DNA from: Octopus sinensis
Taxonomy: Eukaryota
DNA length: 64,000 bases
Direction of reading: 5' to 3'
Assembly (NCBI RefSeq): GCF_006345805.1
Contig: NC_042999.1
Coordinates: 157,480,001-157,544,000 of the forward strand
Shown here: in pieces, positions 37,552 through 49,895 of the stretch
How the letters are laid out: every line of letters starts with the position of its first letter
Numbering within the stretch: the stretch's first letter is position 1
Program-made: the position numbers and the translations under genes
Notes under the pieces: generated by a model
Told to the model about the DNA's origin: nothing
Seen by the model: the letters and a program-made list of their open reading frames with translations, nothing else
Databases searched by the model: none

Positions 37552-38700
37552 AATATATATACGATGGGTTCTTTCAGTTTCCGTCTACCATATCCACTCA
37601 CAAGGCCTTGGTCGGCCCGAGGCTATAGTAGAAGACACTTGCCCAAGGTGCCACGCAGTGGAACTGAACCCGGAACCATGTGGTTGGTAAACAAGCTACT
37701 TACCACACAGCCACATATATATACATGTATATATACATATATACACACATATATATATGCATATATATACATATATATATACACATATATACACACATAT
37801 ATATACACACATATATATACACATATATATACACATATATATACACACATATATATACACATATATATACACATATATATACACACATATATATACACAT
37901 ATATATACACATGTATATACATATATATACACATGTATATACATATATATACACATGTATATACATATATATATATACATATGTATATACATATATATAT
38001 ATGCATATATATACATATGTATATGCAGATATATATACATATGTATGAGCATATATATATACATATGTGTATGCATGTATATACATATATAATCTATATA
38101 CACATATGTATATACATATATATACACACATATATACATACATATACATATATACATACATACATATAGATATACATACATATATACATACATACACAAA
38201 TATATATATACATACATATATATATACACATACATATTTACATATACGTATATACCTATATAGGTATATACTTATACATACATATACGTATATACATATA
38301 TATGTATACATATACATGTATACATATACGTATATACATATACATGTATACATATACGTATAAATATACATATATACATATACGTATAAATATACATATA
38401 TATATATGCGTATAAATATACATATATACATATGCGTATAAATATACATATATACATATGCGTATAAATATACATATAAATATATATATACATATATACG
38501 TATATTTATACACACATATCCATATATATATATACATATTTATACACACATCCATATACATATTTATATACACACATCCATATATATATTTATATACATA
38601 TATACATATTTATACACACATCCATATATATATATATTTATATACATATTTATACACACATCCATATATATATTTATATACATATATACATATATTTGAT
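35355..38700. repeat. ~3.3-kb compound purine-pyrimidine satellite ((catacatatgta)n, (TA/CA)n) with an embedded SINE
   Basis: Seen directly. The long ORFs here are low-complexity artefacts. Confidence 0.95.
37305..37712 (-). mobile_element. SINE family A
   Basis: Family match. Confidence 0.9.
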
Positions 38701-39054
38701 TTGATATACACAGAGATGTATTTATGCGAAATAATCGAACAAAGATAGCGGAAAGAGAAATCTAAATAACATGTCTAATTACAATGCAGTCTTTTGGCAG
38801 AATGGTGACAGACAGAAAAAATAATATTTTTCTCCAGTTGACGCCCAGAGAATGCAAACAGCAGGAGCAAAATAGCTTCTCCTAAACATATATAAATAAA
38901 GAGAATTAGATATTGCTCGGTAAAACGATTAAATAGGGCCCAGGAAATGATTTAAAGCGAGAGAGAGAGAGTGCTCGCCATATTGGAAAGAAGGTGAAAC
39001 ATTTCTCTAGATTTTTAAAGGGCAACGGATAGATGAAAGGAGGCATCTTTTTAC

Positions 39055-39062
39055 CTGGACAT
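39055..39062 (-). CDS. STK3: Candidate coding exon 1 (ATG TCC AG) of Hippo/MST kinase
   Basis: Minus strand reads cataATGTCCAG|gtaaaa. This phase-2 donor joins the phase-2 acceptor at 14264 to give M-S-S-E-L-K. There is an in-frame TAG upstream, and the exon lies in a CpG-enriched patch. Only 8 coding nt, so not unique evidence. Confidence 0.55.
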
Positions 39063-39642
39063 TATGATGTTTGGATTCAATCTCTAGCTCCGTGTGTATG
39101 TTTGACATCTGATCCGACGGCTGGTTTATTCAACTGGTCTTGTTTTGCTCTCCTTCATGTAAATCCAGCGAGAAACAAACGATAGTATCCTTCCCGGAAA
39201 CTAGATACAGCCTCCATTGCACAACATCTCGCAAACTTTCGTAAGCTTTCACGTAAGTTCTCGTTCTTCAATTCTTCAATTTCAACATTGGAGATCCGTA
39301 TTTTTTCTACAGGCTTTATAAACCCTTTACAAGGCTTTATTAAGATTCCATAGGGGTTCATTAATTTTTTAATAAAAAATAAACTTCAAAGTAAGAGATG
39401 TAGCAAGACGGGATTCAATTATATTTCAAGTAGCACCTGCTAAATTCACTAATTTTGTGTGTTTTGACAATTCTACACACTTCCCTGAGTATAAATGTTA
39501 ATAGAGATAACGAGGGAACCTCCACTCCAGTCGCTCTCAATTAGTGCACCGCGATTCGCTTCTACATTATAAAGGGTATTTACGTGAAGTGGGGAATTAA
39601 AAAAAAATATATATAGTTTTGGGTATATTAAAATATATGCTA

Positions 39643-40054
39643 GGATGTTTTCGGTTTGAACGGCAGTTTTTAACATAATTTCTAGGTAACTAAAAAATTT
39701 TAAACTTCGTATACTGGTAGAATGTGTTTATAAAACATCTTTTTCTCTTGGCTTTATTTAGAAATTTCTATAGTTTGTAAGATATTTGTTGTTTTTTTTC
39801 TTCAATTTTTGCAATTTCAACCAATCACTGACGTCTATTGAGGTAAAAAAAAATTCTGTGCCGTATGAATATGTCCCTCGTTCTGTTTATTTACATTTGT
39901 GAAGAAAAAAAGATAGCCTTCCACCCCACCCTTGATCCTAACCGTAACCCTAAAACAGATTGAAATGCAATAGATCGATACTAGGGTCATAATTATGGGT
40001 GACAATTTCATATGACACCGCTAGAAAAAACTGCCGTTCAAACCGAAAAGATCC
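39643..40054. mobile_element. GGATC-TIR MITE, complete
   Basis: Both TIRs present; flanked by a ~31-bp direct duplication. Confidence 0.9.
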
Positions 40055-40704
40055 AAAAAATATAGTTTGGGGTATATCAAAATATATGCTATTCATAAGT
40101 TCAGTTATTTGAAACTCCGGAATCAATAATTTTCAGAGTTATTTTTTTTTTTTTAATTTTTCATCCGAATACATCCTTTGAAGCTTCCCCCGTCAAGTAA
40201 ATGAGTAAATTTTTCATTTGAAGTCTTTTGTAGCACGACGTCAAAAACATTAATAACTAGTTCTACATTATTGCATACAAATCTCTTTAAAAAAAAATTA
40301 ACGCAACAATCATTCAAGATAAACGAATAGACGGGATGTCCATGGTTGGAATACCTTCGATAATACGTCTGGTCATTCGGGTTTCTAACATGTGGCTGAA
40401 TAACAGCCTGGTGTTATTTTAAACCTATACCGTGTCCCAAGGACCAAATACAACTCGTTAGCTTGGCATGATTCCTTTAAGCAAACGACTAGCTGGGTGT
40501 GTCTGTGTTTGAATTGTTCGTGTCTGTGTGATACATTGTTCGAGATAGCAGCTCCTATAGACGTATAGGGCTAAAAACACACAGAAACATATCAGTAGCA
40601 GACGAAAATTGTCCCACGGCGGTGGTAGCATTGCTAAATATATATTTCTGCGTCGTATCTACAGGCATCCGCATGCTAAGACAAAATCCCAAGTGTGATA
40701 CACT

Positions 40705-40908
40705 CTTTACTCTTTTACTTGTTTTAGTCATATGACTGCGGCCATGCTGGAGCACCGCCTTTAATCGAGCAACTCGACCCCGTGACTTATTCTTTTGTAA
40801 GCCTAGTACTTATTCTATCGGTCTCTTTTGCCGAACCGCTAAGTAACGGGGACATAAACACACCAGCATCGGTTGTCAAGCAATGCTAGGGGGACAAACA
40901 CACACACA

Positions 40909-40998
<90 letters not shown>

Positions 40999-41163
40999 TA
41001 CGACGGGCTTCTTTCAGTTTCCGTCTACCAAATCCACTCACAAGGCTTTGGTCTGCCCGAGGCTCTAGTAGAAGACACTTGCCCAAGGTGCCACGCAGTG
41101 GGACTGAACCCGGAACCGTGTGGTTGGTAAACAAGCTACTTACCACACAGCCACTCCTGCGCC
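40705..41163 (-). mobile_element. SINE family A with (TA)n expansion
   Basis: Family match. Confidence 0.9.
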
Positions 41164-41541
41164 TATTTGCTATTTTGAACTAATGCTGTTTCTGTCCACT
41201 CCTCACGAACTTTAATTCAGCCTACAGGTTAACAACAACTGTGGTTTTTTAATCACTGTTGTATCTGTATGGGCTGATTTTGTCTAAGTATGTGGTTGCC
41301 AATGGAAACAAACTACTTTCGATTTCTAAAGTGGCAAAAATACGTATTTAAGCAATGCTACTTCTGCTGCTAGACGCTTTTTGTCTGTTACTGGTATAAT
41401 TTCTGTGTTAACACTGTACATCTACAAGAAACTTATCAGGCTTTCAAGAATATAAGTACTTTAAGTATAATACACATATTGCTATTTTTAACTAATACTG
41501 GTTTTATCACTCACCATTAATCCCGACGGGTTTTTTTGGGG

Positions 41542-41948
41542 GGAATCTTTTCGGTTTGAATGGCAGTTTTTAACATAATTTCTAGGTAACTAAAAAATTT
41601 TAAACTTCCTATACTGGTAGAATGTGTTTATAAAACATCTTTTTCTCTTGGCTTTATTTAGAAAATTCTATAGTTTGTTAGATATTTGTTTTTTTTTTCT
41701 TCAATTTCAACCAATCAATGACGTCTATTGAGGTAAAAAAACAACCATTCTGTGCCATATGAATATGTCCCTCGTTTAAGAAACAGATTGGATTTATTTA
41801 CATTTGTGAAGAAAAAAAAGATACCCTTCTCCCACCCCTAACCCTAAAACAGATTGAAATGCAATAGATCGATACTAGGGTTATAATTATGGGTGACAAT
41901 TTCATATGACACCACTAGAAAAAACTGCCGTTCAAACCGAAAAGATCC
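41542..41948. mobile_element. GGATC-TIR MITE, complete
   Basis: Both TIRs present. Confidence 0.9.
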
Positions 41949-42071
41949 TTTTTTTTTCTCTCCAGTTGAAGAATGTAGGCTCAAAGATTTTTCCAGTTTT
42001 CCGAAATGTCAAGTTAATATGCCTTACTTGTTGTTCTTTCACCTATCTCAGTCTTTCGAATTTTTTTTTTG

Positions 42072-42430
42072 TACATTTGATCAATAAGTATCCGGACTGT
42101 TGCCATAGTAACAAAGCTAAAAAACATAGAATGAAGTTGTTTGGCACAGACTGACTTTGAACTTTGTTGTGCATGCACACTAAGTTTTAACATTCTAGCT
42201 CACTTCTGCCATTTACAGCAGTGCTTGGAAGGAAGGTGTGTAGTGTGTGATCATCACATTGACTATGGCAGAGAACGTTGTCATGGTGGGTGATACCTGC
42301 TCAGAGGCCTGCAGAAAGTATATGAACCGCATGCATGTAGACGAGTGGTTCAGACGTTTCCGAGATGGCTGAAAAATGTTGATATTGATGAAATGTTCTC
42401 GGTGACCCACAACCAGCGGAACTGAGACAA
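42072..42430 (+). mobile_element. Mariner 5' end fragment
   Basis: TIR-like tgatcaataagtatccggactg; EWFRRFRDG. Confidence 0.65.
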
Positions 42431-42439
42431 AATGGTCTG

Positions 42440-42940
42440 TCAGAGCTGGTGGAGTGTGAGGGAAACATAAACAGAAAGGTGGACTTAGCGTAAAATTGCA
42501 GAAAATCTTGGGACCCTGCTTTCAGCTATTTCAGAGTAATTGTGCAATGCACCAGAGAGGGGAAGGAGTCCACATCAGCTTGCAAAAAGGACTCCTTCCA
42601 ATCTTCTCCAGAGATGAAATGATTAAATAATGCTGTCTATTTATGGAAGATGGGGCTCCTTGTCACAGAGCTTAAAAGATTGGTTGGAAGAGAATGGCAT
42701 TAAAAGGCTTCCGTGACCAAGCCAGTTACTAGATACGAACCCTATTGAACACCTCTATGACATAATGGGCAGGAAACTTTTATGAAAAGAACAAGAAAGC
42801 ATCTTCATCTTTTGAGATTTTTGCATGAAACTTAGCAAGAAATTCCTCATGAGAATATTCGTCATCTGATCAGTAGCATGCCCAATAGGGTCCTTGCATT
42901 AAAAAATGCAATGAGTATGTCTACTAAATATTAGCTATTC
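42440..42940 (+). mobile_element. Decayed Tc1 (DD34E) transposase fragment
   Basis: FMEDGAPCHRA, DWLEENGI, NPIEHLYD. Confidence 0.7.
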
Positions 42941-42959
42941 ACATTATAATAATTAATAA

Positions 42960-43400
42960 ATAACTTGAATGCATAATTTCAGATTTAAATAAATTCTAAT
43001 GATGTGTCTTTTTACTTCTGTCATGCCTGTGTACATCGCCTGTACAGCTTTCCCCAGCCACTTGTCCTCAGAGCTCATCATATCACACAGTGGGTACTCT
43101 ATCAAATGCTTTCTCTAGACCAGTGCTTTTCAAACTTTTTGCTGGAGCAGAACCCCAAGGAAACATTCCACTGACTCGAGGAACCCCTGTGCAATAATTT
43201 AATAGTCTTATGCACACATATCTGCACAGGAGAATTAAAAATTACAGCTGATTTTAGCAGTTTTGTAACTTCTTGCGGAACCCCTGGACTGTACTGGCGG
43301 AACCCTGGTTGAAAACTACTGCTCTAGACCAACAAATGCCAGGTATAATGGTCTGTTCTTAGTTAAGCACTTCTTTTGGTTTATTCTTAGTTAAGTATTT
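42960..43400 (-). mobile_element. RTE fragment split by a hAT MITE
   Basis: Similar to 29480-29640. Confidence 0.7.
43121..43321. mobile_element. hAT MITE, second copy (opposite orientation)
   Basis: 8-bp TSD ctctagac; 201 bp; reverse-complement homolog of 22425-22625. Confidence 0.9.
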
Positions 43401-43632
43401 CTCTCGGCTTGTAAATATATATGTATATAAGTTCCACAAGATTAGAAAGTTGACTAAAGGAGGAGTTACAGTAAAAATTATAAAGACAAGGAAAGAGATG
43501 AGGAAGAAGAATGATGGAATAGCTAAAGGAGAGTAATTTATTATTAGATGTCCGTTAACGGTACAAGAAAAAAATTGGCTATAAAACTAAGTTACAAAAA
43601 TGTGTATGGAAGCTAGATTGAAAGAAGCAATA

Positions 43633-44019
43633 ATTCCCTTTTGTATCACCCCATAAAATTTTTTGAAAAATATTAGATATGGTGGAAAATCGATTTCCTA
43701 CTGTGTCTTATAATAATAATGATGAGGGAGTCATAAAAATTTGGAATTTCTATGAAAAATAAATTAATTTCTGTATTATGTATTATTCATGTCCCAATTT
43801 GCCTAACGTTAAGGCCTGAATTGCCTAACTATATGAAATTTGCCAAACCTTGGTAGGTGAATATACATAATACAGAAATTAAGTTTTTTTAATTAAAATT
43901 CTTAAATTTCATGACTTTCTCATCATTATTATTATTATAAGATATGGTAGGAAATCAATTTTCTACCATGTCTAATTAAAAAAAAAAATTTTATGGGGGT
44001 TGGAGGTACAAAAGGAAGT
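43633..44019. repeat. Foldback inverted repeat, ~157-bp arms (43633-43789 / 43858-44019)
   Basis: The arms align as diverged reverse complements (roughly 80% by eye). Confidence 0.85.
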
Positions 44020-44157
44020 CTTTCCCGAAAGAAGCCCAGTATATAACAAAACAAAAAAATTAAGAGTAAGAGAGATATGGTCAGGCCATTTGATTTCGGA
44101 GATACTAAGCAGACCAACGATGTTCATTATTTATTGAATAAAATATTTGGGGAACTT

Positions 44158-44528
44158 GGATCTTTTCGGTTTGAACGGCAGTTTTTTCTAGCAGTGTCAT
44201 ATGAAATTGTCACCCATAATTATGACCCTAGTATCGATCTATTGCATTTCAATCTGTTTTAGGGTTAGGGTTTGGGGAAGGGTATCTTTTTTTCTTCACA
44301 AATGTAAATAAACCCAATCTGTTTCTTAAACGAGGGACATATTCATACGGCACAGAATGTTTTTTACCTCAATAGACGTCACTGATTGGTTGAAATTGCA
44401 GAAATTGAAGAAAAAAGTCCCACTGCGTGGCATCTTGGGCAAGTGTCTTCTGCTATAGCCCCGGGCCGACCAATGCCTTGTGAGTGGATTTGGTAGACGG
44501 AAACTGAAAGAAGCCTGTCGTATATATG

Positions 44529-44559
<31 letters not shown>

Positions 44560-44915
44560 GTTTGTGTGTCTGTGTTTGTCCCCCTAGCATTGCTTGACAA
44601 CCGATGCTTGTGTGTTTACGTCCCCGTCACTTAGCGGTTCGGCAAAAGAGACCGATAGAATAAGTACTGGGCTTACAAAGAATAAGTTCCGGGGTCGATT
44701 TGCTCGACTAAAGGCGGTGCTCCAGCATGGCCGCAGTCAAATGACTGAAACAAGTAAAAGAGTAAAAGAGAAATATCTTACAAACTATAGAATTTTCTCA
44801 ATAAAGCCAAGAGAAAAAGATGTTTTATAAACACATTCTACCAGTATACGAAGTTTAAAGTTTTTTAGTTACCTAGAAATTATGTTAAAAACTGCCGTTC
44901 AAACCGAAAAGATCC
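44158..44915. mobile_element. GGATC-TIR MITE with a nested 5'-truncated SINE A (44418-44770)
   Basis: Both TIRs present; the SINE sits in an internal A-run. Confidence 0.9.
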
Positions 44916-45046
44916 TAGAAATTCCACTAAAACTGTTAGAATTGCTATCTGTGACCTTTTTTTTTTTTTTAAACTGTCCTTGACATTGGAAATCTGCTGA
45001 AATGAATAATTTTCCAACCACAGTAATCTCCCTTTATGGCTGAAAC

Positions 45047-45171
45047 ATGGCCGTGACTCCAGTTCACATCACGAAACAAGTAATTAAACGATTATCTAAA
45101 GTAAACCTACGTCCCGTGAAAAGGATTGCATTCACTTTTAATCCATTCGTCGGCGATGTCATTTCGCTGAG
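45047..45171 (+). CDS. MRPL53: Mitochondrial ribosomal protein L53 exon 1: MAVTPVHITKQVIKRLSKVNLRPVKRIAFTFNPFVGDVISL(R)
   Basis: aacATGG Kozak context and AG|gtacgt donor. LRPVKRIAFTFNPF resembles MRPL53 LRPVKQVRVQFCPF. Confidence 0.85.
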
Positions 45172-45257
45172 GTACGTATAGCTTTTGCAGCCTTAACCGA
45201 AACTATAACTGAAATAATGTTGGTGTTTGCTATGTGTTCATTATATATTCTTCAAAA

Positions 45258-46258
45258 GGCGTCGAGCTGGCAGAGTGGTTAGCACGCCGGGCGAAATGCG
45301 TAGCCGTATTTCGTCTGCCTTTACGTTGTGAGTTCAAATTCCGCTGAGATCAACTTTGCTTTTCATCCTTTCGGGGTCGATAAATTAAGTACCAGTTACG
45401 CACTGGGGTCAATATAATCGACTTAATACCTATGTCTGTCCTTGTTTGTCCTCTCTGTGTTTAGCCCCTTGGGGTAGTAAAGAAATATGTCTGTCTTTAT
45501 GTTCTGAGCTCAAATTCCGCTGAGGTCGACTTTGCCTTTCATCCTCCCGGGATCGATTAAATAAGTACCAGTTACGCACTGGGGTCAATATAATCGACTT
45601 AATCCGTTTGTCCTTGTTTGTCCTCTCTGTGTTTAGCCCCTTCAAAACTGCATCCTTCAAAACTTCCATGCTTTCTGAGATTCGCCAACACTACACTTAA
45701 TTTTCTCCCCTCCACACACACACACAAGCATGTATCTCACTTATACATTGTTCGCTTTCCAGACATTTTTACATTACTGCATGTACTTTATATGCACTTT
45801 TTGACAAGTTGTGGTGCACCTGAGCACTGTATACAATAATTTCATTATTATTATATTATTATAAAGAAATAAGTATTTCGTCTAGCAATAGTTTGTCTGC
45901 TGCTACGTTCTGAGTTCAAATGCCGCCGAGGTCGACTTTGCCTTTCATCCTTTCGGGGTCGATTAAATAAGTACCAGTTACGCACTGGAGTCGATATAAT
46001 CGACTTAATCCGTTTGTCTGTCCTTGTTTGTCCCCTCTATGTTTAGCCCCTTGAGGGTAGTAAAGAAATAGATATTTCGTCTACTGCTACGTTCTGGGTT
46101 CAAATTCTGCCCAGGTCGACTTTGCCTTTCATCCTTTCGGGGTTGATTAAATAAGTACCAGTTACACACTGGGGTCGATATAATCGACTTAATCCCTTTG
46201 TCTATCCTTGTGTGTCCCCGCTGTGTTTAAGCCCCTTGTGGGTAATAAAGAAATAAGA
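45258..46258 (+). mobile_element. Cluster of four SINE B copies (one full, three head-less) and a LINE-like tail (~45640-45850)
   Basis: The family core is repeated at about 45340, 45520, 45925 and 46110. Confidence 0.85.
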
Positions 46259-47059
46259 AACTTTATCAAAATCATTTTTCGAAACTCAAAATGCCGATTT
46301 TTTTTTAAATTTGAGGAAGACAGTCACACCAGTTTTATATCCGAAGCGATCCTTCATATTACGTTCATTCAACCCACATAGAGGGGAAAAACAGAAATCT
46401 ATAATAAACATGAGGTCGTATCTACACCGACAAATTTCGGCCAATATAAAGATCCTCACCCGGGAACCAAATAAATAAATAAATAACTAGCCTGGTGGGT
46501 GTTAACAAGTATGTGGAAAACGAATATGGAAAAAAAAAATGCGCTCTGACAACCCTGGGGAATTGAGGAGGGGACTTTCGGAAAATTCACAAGATCCGAT
46601 TTTTCTGTCATAACTTCCGGTAAAATGGATATATATTGATTTTTTTTAAAAACGGAATCCCGCGTTTTTTGGTTATGGAGGATCCGATTCTGAAAAAAAC
46701 ATTTTCAAAAATCGCATTATCGAAATTTCATTGAGTTATCGCAGTTTTGTGAGATTTGGCTGTTATTTCTAGCATGTAGATAGCCGGTTTCAAGGCCTGA
46801 GGGTATTTATTTATTTATTATTATTTTTTTTTTCTTGTTGAAAAATTGAAATTTTACAAACAAATTTTCTTCAGAATCATAATCTTCGTATTTTTTTACG
46901 TATTTCGCCCCCACCCCCAAATTCATGGCACCACCATAATCGTTCGTGCATTTCTACTGCTTTTAGTTTGTTTTTTTTTGTCTGTTTTTCAGCTACTATT
47001 TTCAGAAAGACTTTTTGCCCCCCCTCCCCCTCCAATTTCTTCATTTTTCACTTTTTTCC

Positions 47060-47395
47060 GTAACCCTAACCCTAAAACCCTAAAGCTAAAACCAGTACAA
47101 ACGCATGAATGATGTCATAAATAACAGTGACAAACGAAATATATGTCGCCGAGGGTTGTTGCTGACAAACAACGGCAGTAATTTTATTCAGCTGAATACA
47201 CGTCATTGATTGGTTGAAATTACTGAAATACGTCAACTTTAACAAGAAATAACTTTGAAAATATAAACATTTCTCAACAACACTAAGAGTAAACGATGTT
47301 TTATATGACACATTCTGCCAGTGTCCGCAGTTTGAAACTGTTCAGTTACAAAAAATTAATTTCTCGATCTGCCGTTCAAAAGGAACAGATCCCCA
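47060..47395. mobile_element. Diverged relative of the GGATC-TIR MITE (right part)
   Basis: taaccctaa, gacgtcattgattggttgaaatt, and end ctgccgttcaaaaggaacagatcc. Confidence 0.65.
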
Positions 47396-47764
47396 TTTTC
47401 CTCCCTAGTATTTGATTTTTTTTTTAATCTTTGAATCTGTCAGCGATGAATCTTATTACAGCTGATCACCTAACTTACTAGTTGAGATTTTTATTGTTGT
47501 TAATGCAATGAAGTGATGAGAAATGATCTTTAGGTGTTGAGCTTTGCAGAGGAGGTGACTAGGGACCAAGGTATCTAGCAATTCCCTGTGCTTGAGAAGA
47601 CATGTCAAGCTAAGTGGAATTGTAGCCCTACATGCATGTAATTTAAGGCCATGCCCTTCCACACACACACACAACTGGTACTTGTGTTTTATTGGCAGTA
47701 TGGTGACCCTCCCAAAGTACAACAATATATGAATGCATGTACTTTTTTTTTTTACATACATTCA

Positions 47765-49500
47765 CACATCCAGTATTAGGAGCTGTTAGAAATAGATAAT
47801 GTTGATGAGGTGACTAGATGGCCCCCCCCCAGAAGGTGAATTGGAGAATCGGCTTGCAAGATTGTATGGGAAGGAGAATGAGGGGATGAGGGAATGAAGT
47901 GGGAGGCATGTTGGAGAACAGGGAGAGTGATCGACCAGTTCAAAGCCACAGTCATGCACAGCATCCATTAAACTGAAGAATTTGTGTGTTGGAGTATTGT
48001 CCTGATGAAACAGAACCCTTTTCATCAGTTTTCCTGGGTATTTGGTCTTGATAGCTTTTCATAACTACCTCATAAGTTGGCATAGTACACTCCATTGATG
48101 GTGTGGCTCTTTTGAAGATAGTCAATAAACACAATACTTTTTGCATCCCCAAAAATCGAAGCCATCACCTTCCATGCAGATGAAACAACTTTGGCCTTCT
48201 TTGGAGCAGGTGAGGGTGAGTGTTTCCATTGCATGAATTGTTTCTTTGCCTCTGATTCACTGTTGAACTCAACACTTATCCTGGGTGACTAAATGTTCAA
48301 GGGGACCACCTGGATCATCTGCCTCAAACAATGTCAGATTTTCCATGTGATGTGATAGCTTGGTGTGCCAAGACTGAATATATAAACAAGTGCCTGTCCA
48401 ACAGTGATTGCATCATCCATACTCTCAACAATGCGCCCTTAAATATGGTTTCTGATTATAAATATCTTGGGTCATACATATCATCATCTGGAAAAGATTT
48501 TCTAACTAGAAAGGGTATGGCCTGGTCAGCCTGTAATGACATGCATAAGATCTGGTCATCAAATCTAAGTAGAGACTTCAAACTTGAAATCTTCAAAGCC
48601 ACAGTCGAACCAATTCTACTATATGGCTCAGAAACCTGGACGTTATCAAAGAAGCTTGAGAGGCGGTTGGATGGAACTTACACTCGCCTCCTTATGAGAA
48701 CTCAAAATCTCTCGTGGAAGCGCCATCCAACCAAAATGCAAATATATGGGAAACTACCACCTGTGTCATCTCTTGTGAAAGGTAGGAGAGTCCAGTTTGC
48801 TGGACATTGTTGTAGAGCTGTGAACGAGGCAATTTCTACTCTTCTTCTCTGGAAGCCATCTACTCGCAATACCAGAGGGCGCACACTCTCCTACCCTGAT
48901 GTAATCTCCTGGGATACAGGCATCCAGCAACAGGATCTCCGTAATGCCATGATGGACCTTGAAGTCTGGCGTAGCATGGTAAATTCCACTGTCTCGACCA
49001 CGGTCGAACAATGATGATGATTACTAGTGTGCTTTTGATCAGGTGTCGGAAGATATAATACCCACTGAGCGGAAACATTCACCATGCCAAGCTCATTGTG
49101 CAAAATGCTCTCAACTCTCTCACAGGATATGCTAATAGCATTAGCTCTTTGATCTATAATCAATTGCCTGTTATCCATCACCATGTGGTGAACACGATCA
49201 GTTTTCCTCAGTGATGGTAGTTGGGTCATCTTCAAGATTTTCAGTACCCCTCCTATATTCAGCTTCCCACTTTTGCACTGTTGGTAAATCTGGAGTATCA
49301 TCCCTTAATGTAGCAACCATATCAGCATGAATATCCTCTGGGGCTAAACCCTTATTCTGCAGGTATTGATTGCACCATGATGCTAAATTTTGTTCATTTT
49401 CAAGAGAAGCCACTACTAGTTACTTAAGAAGTCTTCTTTGAACAGCCAGATGTCAGTTTACCTGGAAAGAAATAATGCAGACTTAACTTCACCTCTGTAT
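47765..49500 (-). mobile_element. Mariner transposase remnant split by an RTE insertion
   Basis: LEDDP, VLFHQDN, ELVDHSP, MQWKH motifs continue across the insertion. Confidence 0.85.
48360..49022 (+). mobile_element. RTE-clade LINE 3' part (second family), open ORF, (tga)n tail
   Basis: YKYLGS, ILLYGSETW, RRVQFAGHC, uninterrupted for about 220 aa. Confidence 0.9.
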
Positions 49501-49782
49501 AATGAATTGAGCATTATTTTTTGTATTTAATTATAAATATTCAGTTTTGACAGGCACTGTTTGGTTTGCTTATCCATAGGACACATTATTTTGGTTAAAA
49601 CTAAAAAATTATTCCAACAGTTCTTCCGTTCCTGGTTTAGATAACCTCAGACTAGAAAACATGCATTTCATGAAGCATCATTTTAAAAATAGAAATTTTC
49701 TGTTTCTTAAACACAAATATAACTTTACACTGAAGAACTTGTAAGTTCATTATTTTATCACGGTATTCTCTTTCTATTCCAG

Positions 49783-49895
49783 GGAATGTTTGTTTCACTT
49801 GAACAGTAGAAAAATTCTTGGTACAAATCCCAAGGTTACCATGAAGGTTGATGTGAAATCTAATTTGTGTGATCCAGTCATGGAAGTAAACTACA
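49783..49895 (+). CDS. MRPL53: MRPL53 exon 2: ECLFHLNSRKILGTNPKVTMKVDVKSNLCDPVMEVNY
   Basis: ttccag acceptor and gtaagt donor; 113 nt, phases 2/1 consistent with the flanking exons. Has the TN...DV...P motif of L53. Confidence 0.85.

Noticed and set aside
35293-38573. Very long ORFs (up to 371 aa) rich in Y/I/H/M/C/V
   Set aside because: They are translations of (TA/CA/TG) satellite, which lacks stop codons in several frames. Not genes.
39155-39361. 68-aa minus-strand ORF near the STK3 start
   Set aside because: No recognisable homology, and it ends before the candidate ATG. More likely 5' UTR or promoter sequence.
41167-41512. Two ~35-bp imperfect direct repeats about 310 bp apart
   Set aside because: Too short and diverged to call an LTR or a duplication.
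46270-46810. CpG-rich block resembling a DNA-transposon end (also 63060-63470)
   Set aside because: No paired TIR or TSD identified, so no family could be assigned.
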